A stretch of DNA of 23,363 bases from Neophaeotheca triangularis (lineage: Eukaryota). The translations under genes were made by a program, and so were the position numbers. Under the pieces are notes generated by a model. The model had not been told where the DNA came from, made no database searches, and saw only the letters and a program-made list of their open reading frames with translations. The DNA lies in contig BAAIJX010000030.1 of the NCBI GenBank assembly GCA_054600435.1, positions 248,001 to 271,363 on the forward strand. The letters are read 5' to 3'. Below, one piece after another: positions 11,101 to 20,586 of the stretch (its first letter is position 1; each line of letters begins with the position of its first letter).

Positions 11101-12346
11101 GCGCTTGGAGAAGCGCGCAGAGCGCGCCAAGGACATCTCGCAACGTCTGTTCACTTACAATGCTCGACTTAGTAGGCTGCTGGAACGGCTCGGATTGGCC
11201 ATCTCCTACCAAGATGACAAAATGGTAGTTGAACGAGCTTCCAAGCTGGGGGCAAGCACGAACATTAGTGATCCTCCCGCTGCTATGAGCAGGACGACCA
11301 CGCTTACATCGCCTCCTCCTACCAGAAAGTCATCTGGAGCGGAAGAGCCTGCTGCGTTGTCCATGGTACATTGGCCTGACGCCCAGAGCATCGACGAAGA
11401 GACTGCGCAGTTTGAGAGCTACCTGCAACACATTTCTCAATTCAACGTTGACACTTTCAGCGAAGCTGTCGCCAAGCGTCTCCGTGACTTCGAGTACACG
11501 GCCAAGAAGTACAACCGTGAAGCGAAGGAGTCCACTAAACGCGCCGAAGGCTACAAGGAACGGTCAGTGAGACTCAAGAACGAAGCCTACGCCAAGGTTG
11601 CCGTCAAGGATTTCAAAGAGGGAGATCTCGCGCTCTTTCTGCCAACGAGAGGCCAGGCAAAGGGCGCTTGGGCCGCATTCAACATCGGTTGTCCGCATTT
11701 TTTCCTTGCTGAACGGGAGGGAATGCGCTTGGGCAGTCGTGACTTCATCGTTGCGCGCATTACCAAGGTAGAGCAGCGGATTGTCGATTTGAGCAAGTCC
11801 ATGTCGATGCAAGTTGCAGAGAATCGCAGCGTTGACGAGGGCAGCGAGGCGCCGTCCTATGATGATGACAATCCGTTCGAGCTCTCCGACGGCCTTACGT
11901 GGTGGATGGTGCATGCCACGGAAGAGCGTGGACCAGGCGCAGCGCCTACGACACCCGGGCTCGGCAAGAGCACCGTTGCTGCCGCCAATGTTGACGCTAG
12001 AGGCAGTATCCGCATCAAGAGGACAAGCAAGGGAGATGATGCCAGTAAGCATCTAAACAAGAGCCTAGACAGCAGAAGGAGCAGTTCCAACTCCAAGCGG
12101 AGTGTGGCGGGAGTGGCGGTGCCGACTATTGCGAATACTAACGGTAGTCCAATAGCCACTCAAGCAGAGACCTCGAGCCGCGCAGAAGCAGAGACTGTGA
12201 AGCAGAGACCCGTTGCCCCTGCCGACCTAGGCATAGAGGGCAGCACGCAGCCTTCTAAACGACCACCCCAACCCTCATCCCAGCAACCGCAGAGCGAGGT
12301 TCCGAGCTCTCAGGTACGTGATATCGACCTTCTGGTGAGCCCTTAG
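8141..12346 (+). CDS. ATG11: Autophagy-related protein 11 (selective-autophagy scaffold), about 1401 aa in the unspliced form
   Basis: Conserved-type N-terminus MSLQIFVAHTGQRL; Atg17-like region (LLVESVRRREW, EEEKRRKRW); long coiled coils; C-terminal claw domain DFKEGDLALFLPTR..WAAFNIGCPHFFL..DNPFELSDGLTWW. The frame is also open from an ATG at 7805, and there is an alternative last exon (see findings). Confidence 0.95.
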   Translation: MSLQIFVAHTGQRLALDSSQVNTPESLRSWIADSASIPARNQIVLTAKGKLVRAQTLLTETELFVFERSLFSGESPTASAATSTTSGEHSTHYQPGPPPDRVGDQGDLQTWQSLFKSRRSWAITLLDGCTGIARQAERHQDEQAVIERSVSVAVASLRQHLKTAEQKQATIEDGSDELLRGQEALLDSWEANLDSLSRVPARSEFARFVQPEDSRPKARRTSSAGVQATLQNFVDVSAIRKAAGSAESIIAGFSDQITGLRTTINDVKKDSDELVQAVDQLVTASQASNRSEPAQLLEEIEMVVKKMTSDLEHLQSLPKTSQSVAQASKMASLHGRNYLPNLEEYCQEMNELVQRTKEQRDNAQETAMRHMRTLSAIESQLADVFSQTKGLEQPSEDHEAFAPLSVVARLPSVYGQLLVESVRRREWVAKMKRDAATLQEEMATYQEEEEKRRKRWLRSVEDVVQPEALQARALGIEFNLQNEGGSWPVVSRQELDAYLKTLYDIYGESPLTEEMDLSIRDLDKPTRKQIKHAKAFKNGSMHEAAFGDTSLMLRGDDQHKGLKESNSRLEEDLKVQKSRVRRLEDLLYRQNTATRASTDLFTPQSTTIGPPGIPSPQPSEDAVRTSSPRHRRLSSTAQAMEEKKLARRVVDLEAELQASKEKVAALEQEANVRRDSDAEAQQRVEEAVSIKKDLMENMEAQQREFADERRTLEQDLRDSKEKIEELEGAIEGMEDERTVADARILSLEEEILHLRHDSSGHAARAANEQDAKVVMEKKLQAALEAQKAAELEVKNLKAAQKEREGVEAEQLERLTEAHAHLVPDAEAPRGLTTLSATLEEVARKSAAHARDLAEAVAFAKSENESLRSNNEQQRSQLTEANGQLGEISQQSSKLEEQAAAEAAKSFSLEQQLRDEQEQLRLLRNKFAEGETGSEVLRQRVADAEAQAGKLSSELAEANSHINHLDIELMRLHKKHQTYHSTAEGLAERLEKRAERAKDISQRLFTYNARLSRLLERLGLAISYQDDKMVVERASKLGASTNISDPPAAMSRTTTLTSPPPTRKSSGAEEPAALSMVHWPDAQSIDEETAQFESYLQHISQFNVDTFSEAVAKRLRDFEYTAKKYNREAKESTKRAEGYKERSVRLKNEAYAKVAVKDFKEGDLALFLPTRGQAKGAWAAFNIGCPHFFLAEREGMRLGSRDFIVARITKVEQRIVDLSKSMSMQVAENRSVDEGSEAPSYDDDNPFELSDGLTWWMVHATEERGPGAAPTTPGLGKSTVAAANVDARGSIRIKRTSKGDDASKHLNKSLDSRRSSSNSKRSVAGVAVPTIANTNGSPIATQAETSSRAEAETVKQRPVAPADLGIEGSTQPSKRPPQPSSQQPQSEVPSSQVRDIDLLVSP

Positions 12347-12405
12347 GCCCTTCCTCCTAGTCCCCTGCCTACCTTCCAGAGAACGACCCTGACAGCGAGC
12401 TGTAG

Positions 12406-12618
12406 ACCACCACTCGCAGCGCATCTCGCCAGCGCTCAAAGTCGCCATCAAAATCCATCAGGTCTTTGCAAAAACATCTTGACACCCAGTCGCCCGTGCG
12501 TTCGCCCGCCAAGTCACCTTCCAAAGCTGCCGATAAGGGAAAGCAGCCTGCCATGTGGGAAAGTCTGTGGCAAGCGGAGTTCTCAATCGAGAGTCCGGGC
12601 AAAGGGACCGATAAATAA
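12406..12618 (+). CDS. ATG11: Candidate alternative terminal coding exon of ATG11 (70 aa)
   Basis: Phase-0 donors at 12314 (GTACGT) and 12335 (GTGAGC), branch CTGAC at 12389-12393, acceptor TAG ending at 12405. The exon is open in the ATG11 frame after splicing: TTTRSASRQRSKSPSKS...AMWESLWQAEFSIESPGKGTDK*. Confidence 0.65.
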   Translation, partial: TTTRSASRQRSKSPSKSIRSLQKHLDTQSPVRSPAKSPSKAADKGKQPAMWESLWQAEFSIESPGKGTDK

Positions 12619-12730
12619 AGCCGAGAAGACGTAAAGAAGAAAGAAACGGCCTGGGTAGCTAGCCTGATCGCTACATAAAGCCAAAATCAAACATCCCTGC
12701 GCAAACATTACCACCGTGCATCCCCCTCAG

Positions 12731-14224
12731 TTACTCCCCCAGACTTCGAATAAGCCTAGGCAACAAATCCTCCGTAAAAGCCCACACATTCCCCGAATAG
12801 TCACCCGACCACAGGTTTCCCGTAAACCACGTCGATCGCCTGCCTTGCAACGCGTACAGATCCCGCACGAACCCTTGCCTCAGAATCTCGGGCGACTGCC
12901 GCCACAGCACGGAATTATGGTCCGCAAAAGCCACAAACTCGACGTCATCATCACTGCCAGAACCTGCAAAAGACCCGCCCTCTTTGAACAGCGCCCCAAC
13001 CCCCTCAACGACCATCCCCTTTGCTTCATCGTGAGTGACCGCGAAATCCGTCGAAAACAGCACCCGGAACAGGCCCGCGCCCGCCGGCCCCCTCGAATCT
13101 AACCGCAGCGTCCACGGCCAGTCGCGGATTGCCAGATAGTCCGCCGGAGCAGCTTGCGGGGAAAAGTAGTTTACGGAAATGTTGGCGGGCAGGGATGGAA
13201 TGCGCGCGACGCCTACAAAAGACCAAGTCGGGGTCCATGTGGTGAGGGCGGCGGTTTCGGCGGCGTCTGGGCAGAGGGGCGAGAGGTTTGCGAGGCTGGG
13301 TGGCGGCGTGAAGAGCAGTTTGCGGGCTTTGATTAACTTTTTGCTTCCCCTGGCGGGTGAGTGGACGAGGAGCTTTACGCCGGCGTCTGTGCGTTCGCCC
13401 GCTATGACGTGGGTGTTGAGCAGGACGTCGGAGTTGAGGAGCTGCAGGGCGCGGCTGTAGAGGAGGCTGTTGCTGCCCGTTGCCGGGACGAAGAGGCTGC
13501 TGGCGAGTAGCTCGCGGGTTATGGGCGCGCCGAAGGCCAGCATGACGTGCAGGGTTAGGACTTTGGAGATGCCGCCGACCCCGAGGTTGGAGATTGAGGC
13601 CATCAAGGGCGCGGCGTCTTCGATGCCGTAACGTTGGGCTATGGTGCCGAAGGGCTCGAGGAGCTCGTCGGGGATTTCGGAGCCCTTGGGGAAGTCCCAG
13701 TAGCCGGGGAGGAGGTAGGGGGAGTATTTTTCCGTGAGGTTTAGCCATTTGGCCAGAGCAGGGAAGGTGTTGTTTGGGGGGACGTAGGAGAGGTTGCTGC
13801 CGGAGGAAATGTCGACGTTTATGGGGGATAGGGTAGAGCGGGGGTATGATTTGAGAGGTACATCGAAACGGTCGAAGAAGGCTCTTGAGTTGCCGTACTC
13901 GAGATAGGTTTGTACGCCGTACTCGATCGAGGTGTTGGTCCCGGGTACAAAATAGGTATCAACGTGACCCCCCTAGAGAATGTGAGCTTTCGGTTGGTAA
14001 ACGAGAGGTTTGATGTTACGTACGAGGTGGTCTTTTGGCTCGATCACAATCACGCTAACATTGAGATCTTCTCGTAGGCGGACGGCTGCGTATGTACCCG
14101 ATGCTCCCCCTCCAAGAATTGCTACGTCTCTCTCGATGATGTCCTCCACAGCGAAGTCGCTCTCGTCGATTGCTCGAGCCAAGCCAGTAGCAATGGCTGA
14201 CACGAAAACTAGGCCAAAGCGCAT
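12731..14224 (-). CDS. Secreted FAD-dependent oxidoreductase (flavin amine-oxidase-like superfamily), 480 aa; exons 14224-14024 and 13972-12731
   Basis: Signal peptide MRFGLVFVSAIATGLARA; Rossmann motif DVAILGGGASGTYAAVRL...VIE. A 51-nt intron (13973-14023, GTACGT..GCTCAC..TAG) restores LGGHVDTY. The C-terminal LYALQGRRSTWFTG is typical of this fungal family. Confidence 0.88.
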
Positions 14225-14317
14225 AGTTGCTGTAGGTGACGAATCGGAGACGGACAGAATGTTGTTGCGTTCAACTGACGAAGAGAAATACCATGCAAAT
14301 TTTGGAATCGTTCAACC

Positions 14318-14323
14318 TTTATA
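14318..14323 (-). promoter_or_regulatory. Putative TATA box of the oxidoreductase gene
   Basis: TATAAA on the - strand about 95 nt upstream of the ATG at 14224. Confidence 0.4.
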
Positions 14324-16413
14324 TCATGTGAAATAGCTGGCACAAGGAAAAATCCGCCGAGCACTACTGCAAGAGTAATAAAGGAAGGCTTACGCGAATA
14401 TTGACCGCCTCGAGCCTGGAGCTGCACCTACTTTAGTGTGCCCAATAACCGGAGTCAAGAGGATCAAGTTCCAATGTACTTAGCTCACAGAGCTATCAGG
14501 TAGCTTGCGAAGCGGCTGTTGCTCATGATGCACGCCCAGCAGCTAACGCGAAAGATGCTTCCGCAGGGCCCTGAAAACGCAACCTCGTAGGATTAGTCCA
14601 AGGGCCAGACTCGTTCCTCGAACCCACGGTGTTTTGAGCGCTGAGAACTAAGTCCTAGAAGAAACTCTGAGGACATGTGCGACGAATCGCTGCAGACATC
14701 AGACTGGCCCAGAGTTGATGCTGGAGCTAATTCTGCCCCTGTCTCTCAACTACCGAGTGTAGCGTTGGGGCAACTGATGTATAAGATCTTTGCCGCGAAG
14801 GGCTGGACCCTTCCAATGTACCAACAGGCGAGGCAGCTTAAACTTGCCTTCTCGCCTTAGATTGAAGACCGTACACCTCCGTCGAAGGCGGCAGGCCCGG
14901 TGGCTAACAAGGTTTCGAGAGATCACGAGTTCGTTGCTTTCAATGTCGCTGACTGGACAGCGCAGGCTCAAGTGGCTCCCGGTAGAAAGTTTCGGCCTTT
15001 TAGCCAAGGGTATCGACTTGGTTCCTGGGCCTTAGTACGCCAGTAGGCTATCAAGGTGAACCGCTCTTGTCGCCAAACGTAGGCTTGGGTCCTCTCCTCG
15101 CGATGCCAGAAGCGCGCTCCACACGTTACGGCCTTCCATTGTCGAAAAGGGCGTCTGAGAATGCACTTTTCGACGGCAATCCAGTGGGCCTGGCACGCTG
15201 TAGTCCTCCGGCTGCCACGAGGTGCGGTACGATATGCTTGTCATGTGTCCCGTTATCCTCCGGAAAGCCTCCCAGCGTAGCCCAAATGACCCCCAGATGG
15301 AACAAATATCGATTGAGAGTGCGCCATATCCTTCAGGTCATGCCATGCGGGTACGCATTCGACAGTCAGGGCGTGCTCGCTTCCGAATCATAAGGCGTTA
15401 TTCGCCGCGGATGCGAGCAAGACGCGGCTCGTTGTCTGCGCCATTCGCGCAATCGCGACTACCGGCCGAGCGCTCTTCGTACTTCGTAGAGGTATATTCG
15501 TACCGATATCCACGCGGCGTTGAATTTTGCAAGTTGTGCCTCGATTGGAAGTCGGGTATCAGGCAACGGTGTAAGATTGACAGAATGCTGACACGTGACG
15601 CCGAGACACCAAGCCTTCCGCTTGAACCTCAGCTCTTATAAGTTCTCATCATCCTTTCTGGCCGCTCTGTTCTTTTCTTCATCAAGAAGCTTTCCAGTAA
15701 AGATGATTGGTGAACGATCAGCGTCGAGATGTGTTCCCAACAACGAGCAACATTCACCAACCAAGTCTTCGAGCCTGCAACTCTCATGCCACTCTTCAGC
15801 TCTGCCGAGTCGAAGAAGAGAGCTGTGCTCTGATCCCTGCAAGACCATGGAAGATGGGCTCTTCATGTAATAAGCATGCCGAATACCAAACTACCTTGAC
15901 TACTACTGTCTCCTGCAGCGAAGGAGGAAAACGAACAGTAGTGCCAATAATGATGGTGATGCGCCGCCGCTTCTGCTGCTCCGACCGGAACCGTCAACAA
16001 CGTTGGCGACCAACCGGAGCCCCGCATTTGCCTTTTGGAGGCGCTGAATCGCCGCTGATCGCTCGCAAACCTAAATATTCTATCACTCGCCATTCGCCGC
16101 ACAGTGCTACCTTAGCTATTCGGAGTAATCGCACTGAATCATGGTGGATTTCTGAAGGCCGACAACGGGCAATGATGGACACCTGCGGTCATTCTCAAGA
16201 GAATACCTTATTAGGGCTGGAAAACTCAAGGTCAATACTACCCGGATAAGTAATAGGTTGGTGGGCGGAGTCCCTTTTTATCTGGGTGGGCTCCTTGTCA
16301 TTATCTCCAAGCATTGCGGAGTCCTCTGCTTTGGAGCTTGTTTTGTCTTGTCTTCTCCCTATCCTTTTCCACTTTCCGGAGCTTCTACTCGCCCCCCTTT
16401 TACCTTCTCTACA

Positions 16414-17989
16414 ATGACCCAAGCAAACGACCCCAAAGCGCCCATAGAGGCCGAACTCGTCGATGGAGTTGAAGCTATCAAGAACAAGGAAGCTCAGGGC
16501 AATTTCATCAAACCTACTGCGAAGGAAGAAGCCGCTGTCATTCGAAAACTAGATATTCGCTTGTTACCGCTCATTCTGATACTCTACACGCTTGCTGTGC
16601 TCGACAGATCCAATCTTGGAAATGCCAAATTGGCCGGTATGCAGGATGAAATTGATCTTTCAGGAAACCGATACAATTGGCTAGGAACCATCTTCTGTAC
16701 GCGCCACCAAATTCGCTTCTCATTAGGTCGCTAACCATGAATAGACATTGCCTACATCCTCTTCCAATGGACGATCATCGGCTGGAAGCAATTCAAACCG
16801 CACAAGTGGGCTGCCACTGTTGTCTTCTTCTGGGGCTTCGTTGCCACAATCCAAGCCACTGCATACAACTGGGCTGGACTGATGGCCTGTCGTTTCTTTT
16901 TAGGAGTTGCGGAAGCAATGTTCGGGCAAGGTGTTGCGCTTTACCTGACATTTTTCTACCCCCGCGAAAAGGTCGGCTTCCGACACGGTGTCTTCGTAGC
17001 AGGAGCTGCGCTGGCCAACGTCTATGGTGGAGCGCTGGCCTACGGCATCACGCAGATCCGAGGCTCCCTGGCCCCTTGGAAGATCCTGTTCATCATCGAA
17101 GGCTTACCGACTTGCGTTTTCGCGGTGGCTGCCTGGTTCTTGATGCCCGACTCCGTGAGTACCGCCAAGTTTCTAAACGCCAGAGAAAAGGAGATCGGCG
17201 TGCACTTTGTAGCTCGCAACCAGCGGCTGGATACGGGCAAAGAGAGCGGTCTTAGGCCTCGTGAGATGCTCGATGGGATACTAGACCCCAAGTCGTGGAT
17301 TCCCGGGATCTGCTACTTCAGCTGGTACGTTCAAATCCTAAAAGTCATTGATCTTTCAACGCCGACTGACCCGCAACAGCAACGTCTCATTCGCCTCGCT
17401 CCCCCTCTTCGTACCAACAATCATCCACCAAATCGGCACATTCGACGAAATCGAGAGCAACGGCCTCAGCGCTCCCCCCTACCTCTTTTGCTTCTTCGTC
17501 ATCATCGCCTTCTGCTGGCTCTCAGATCACTATAAAGTCCGCGGCCCTTTCTGCGCGACCGCCGCATTTCTATCCTTTGTCGGTTTCGTCATCAGCGCCA
17601 GCACGACGGGAACGGCACCGAGGTACTTTGCCCTGTTCCTCGAAGTCCTGATTTTTGCCTCCGTCGCGCTGTTGTTGAGCTGGGTTGCCAATATACACGC
17701 CACTGAGAGTAAGAGGGCGGGCGGGTACACGGTCCTCGCGACCGTCGGACAGTGCGGGCCCTTGCTCGGGACTAATGTTTTTCCCGCGGACGAGGGCCCG
17801 AGGTATGTCAAGGGCATGTGGATTAGCGCTTCTTTCTCGCTCTTGGTGGCTGTCTTGAGCGTTGTCCTTAGCTTTTGGCTTGTTCGCGAGAATAGGAAGA
17901 TGGACAGGGAGGGAGTCGCGGACATTCAGGAGCTGGAGGACACGACACAGGAGGGTGGGAAGGAAGCGAGACACCGTTACATCTGGTAG
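16414..17989 (+). CDS. MFS transporter, anion:cation symporter (Dal5/Tna1-like) family, 490 aa; exons 16414-16696, 16745-17324, 17380-17989
   Basis: Family motifs: IRKLDIRLLP...LDRSNLGNAKLAG, LMACRFFLGVAEA, WKILFIIEGLPT, FLMPDS..AKFL, LSAPPY, WLSD..KVRGP, GPRYVKG and ENRKMD. Introns 16697-16744 and 17325-17379 (GTACGY..CTRAC..YAG) join the three ORF pieces in frame. Confidence 0.92.
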
Positions 17990-18064
17990 ACGGCGCTTAC
18001 GGGGTGTGAAAGCGCACCTCGCAGCATGAAGGATAAGCTTCTTGGAGTAGTCGATACCTCCGGC

Positions 18065-19193
18065 TCAATCTACTTCAGGCACTGGCAGGCCGTCGTACAG
18101 CTTCATCCGCCGTCCCAGCTTCTCCATAGCAGCCATGGCCTCTTTTTGCCGCAGCTTCTTCGATTCCTCATCCGTCACAAGCACAAAGTCATACTTGATC
18201 AGCCTGCTGCCTTCATTCACCCCATACTGAGCAGCCTGCTCAGCATCCACCTCGTACAGATCAATCAGCAAGGACTCTTTAACCCCGAAAACCGCATCGG
18301 ATGTTTCGTAAGGGTCGCCTCGGAGGTACAAAGCTCTGCGATTTCAAAAGTGTCAGCCAACAATCCACCGCGGCAGATTCAACGGCGTTGGTGTTTTCCT
18401 CACGTTATGAGATGGTCGTATCCCTCCTTCTGGAACATGAAGTGCATATGGCTCGGCCGGTAGCAATGTCTCTTCAGCTGCTTCAACAGCTTGCCCACGG
18501 GCCCGTCGTGGGGAATGGGATATGGCACGGGCACAATGGCCTTGAACCAGAAAACGCCGTCGTCCGCGCTCTCCATCACGGCTCTTCCATCCGGACCATT
18601 CCGCTCTTGGTATTGTACATCGTAAAAGCCCTTGCTGTCCGTTTCCCATATGTCAATCTTGACGCCCGGGATGGGTTGGCCGTTGGTGTCTTTGACGGTG
18701 CATAGCACCAGACAAGGCTCGCCGTCTGGATCGTGCGAAATCACTGTGCCGTTGGCTTCGTTTTCGGCTTCGTGAGAGTGGAAAGGCCCGAGGACGGTGC
18801 CTTCGGTGCTCGCTGGCGGTTTGGGATGATCGATCGAGTCTACAAGGAGTGAAAGCCCGAGAATGTCGGAGAGGAGGATGAATTCCTGTTTGGACATGTT
18901 CATCAGCAACAAAGCTCATCATCGTCCAGCGCAATGATATGGGAGTCGAAGCGTACTTGGCGAACATCAGTGCATATTTGTCCCACGGATGTTAGGAAGT
19001 GAATCCCCGTCATCCATTCATCTGTGCTCAATCTCGTCTCGCGAGCAAAGTCGTGCAGGTGTTGGACTAAGCGCTCGAGAATGTATTTGAGTCTGGGGTT
19101 TGGACATTGCGAGTTGATCAACTTGACATTATCTGTGATGTTGTCGATTGTCAAGTCCTTGAGAGGAGGGACGTCGACCTCAGACGGATCCAT
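18065..19193 (-). CDS. Intradiol ring-cleavage dioxygenase, hydroxyquinol/catechol 1,2-dioxygenase type, 329 aa; exons 19193-18957, 18885-18404, 18335-18065
   Basis: N-terminal dimerisation domain LVQHLHDFARETRLSTDEW...RQEFILLSDILGLSLLVD, then TEGTVLGPFH. Fe(III) ligand motifs GFYDVQ, PVPYPIP and RPSHMHF, followed by SDAVFGVKESL. Introns 18886-18956 and 18336-18403 have canonical signals. The hydroxyquinol preference is inferred from the RQEFILLSD/GPFH/DAVFGVK signature. Confidence 0.93.
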
Positions 19194-19832
19194 GTGCGAC
19201 GCGGTACTACCTTTGTTTTCCTGTGGGTCTATTGAAAACGAGAAGGGTCGAGCATCTGGTCAAGGGCTGCAAGCCGGTTTTGTCGAATGCCAGAGGGTGA
19301 ATTCCACTGTAATAATAGTTGGACGTATGAATTGGAGCAAACAATGTCGGAATAGAGCCGTCTATAGGTACAGTACATACCCCACACCCCACTTGCGAGG
19401 CTCTAGAAGATTATAGGTACAAGTAGGTATTATCGGCGTCGTTCTTCGGCTTTTAATTCTAAAGTCGAAATGCCGATTGACTACCTTTAAGTACCTGTTA
19501 ACATCGATCTGTGTTCTTTTAAAACTTGATATAGTAAGCAATTAATGAAGTTAAACATTCATTATAAGTACATCTACTTTCAAGGTGAAGTATCATAATC
19601 ATATGGATGAGGTGTAGGACCTGTTTACTTAGTTAGGTAGTGCTAGAGAGATCGAGAGGCCGTTAAGCGTACAGCCCTAGACTGATGCCATATCAGGTTA
19701 AGCCGACCTTGGCAAAATTCGGCCTCACCACAGCTTTCGGTAGAGAGTATCAGCCCTGAGTACAAGCCCAAGTGCCTACGGCTTCAACAAACTAGTGGGA
19801 CAACAACAACGCTCGCCTTTCTTCTGCCCAGC

Positions 19833-20586
19833 ATGCCTGGCGCAGGGAAGCAGGCGCAAGATGTGCAAGACCAGATCAGAGAGCTGCTCCAGGCTGGCGT
19901 CGATCCCACAACCATCCATCGACGCCTCAACGTGGGTCGAAGCAGCGTGTATCGCATGCGTCGCAGCATCGCCCAGCATGGCACTGCATACGCCCCTGTC
20001 GAGCTGAACAAGAGAAATGGCAGACCCAAAACCCTCACCAAGGAGCAGGAGTTGGTAAGTCGATAATCAAATAACGCTTTGTGCGCTTGTCGGAATTCAT
20101 TTTCTAACCTCACTTCAGATTGTGTGCGACTGGCTCCGTGACCCCAAGAACCGCGAGGGCTACCTCGACAACATGGTATGGTACATCTACAACACTTTCA
20201 AGGTCGTTGTCAGTACTACCACATGCTCGAAGATGAAGCGCAAGTGGCTACAAGTCATCGACGCCCAGGAACGTGGCGAGGAGCCCCCAGACCCTGACAC
20301 CATCCAGGTTGTCGTCCACAGGGGCCCGAACAAGACACCCCGCAAGCGCAAAGCCAGGACACCAAGTGTCGAGCCAGCTGAACAGCATGAGAGCATGTCC
20401 TACCCGCCTCCTCAGCTCGACCCCCATCATCACATCCAACCTCCACTGCCGACCCAGCCTCCTGTCAGGCAGCCTCCTTGGGCTCCGATGACACAGCAGA
20501 TGCTACAGCAAGCAAGCATGCATATGGGAGAGGGACATGTATTGCCGCGGCAATCCGCATCCGGAGCGACGAACATCGGCAACTGA
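19833..20586 (+). CDS. HTH DNA-binding protein resembling the N-terminal domain of Tc1/IS630-type transposases, with no catalytic domain, 229 aa; exons 19833-20054 and 20119-20586
   Basis: Consensus intron 20055-20118 (GTAAGT..CTAAC..TTCAG, phase 0). HTH1 is IRELLQAGVDPTTIHRRLNVGRSSVYRMR, followed by the linker NGRPKTLT and HTH2 YLDNMVWYIYNTFKVVVSTTTCSKM. A basic TPRKRKAR and a P/Q/H-rich tail follow. Confidence 0.75.

Noticed and set aside
12716..13748. Arg/Pro-rich 128-240 aa ORFs over the oxidoreductase
   Set aside because: Alternate-frame or antisense shadows of a high-GC3 coding region.
12731..14224. Oxidoreductase as the missing protocatechuate-to-hydroxyquinol hydroxylase
   Set aside because: It has a signal peptide and amine-oxidase-like architecture, and I see no GDAAH-type motif of cytosolic flavin aromatic hydroxylases.
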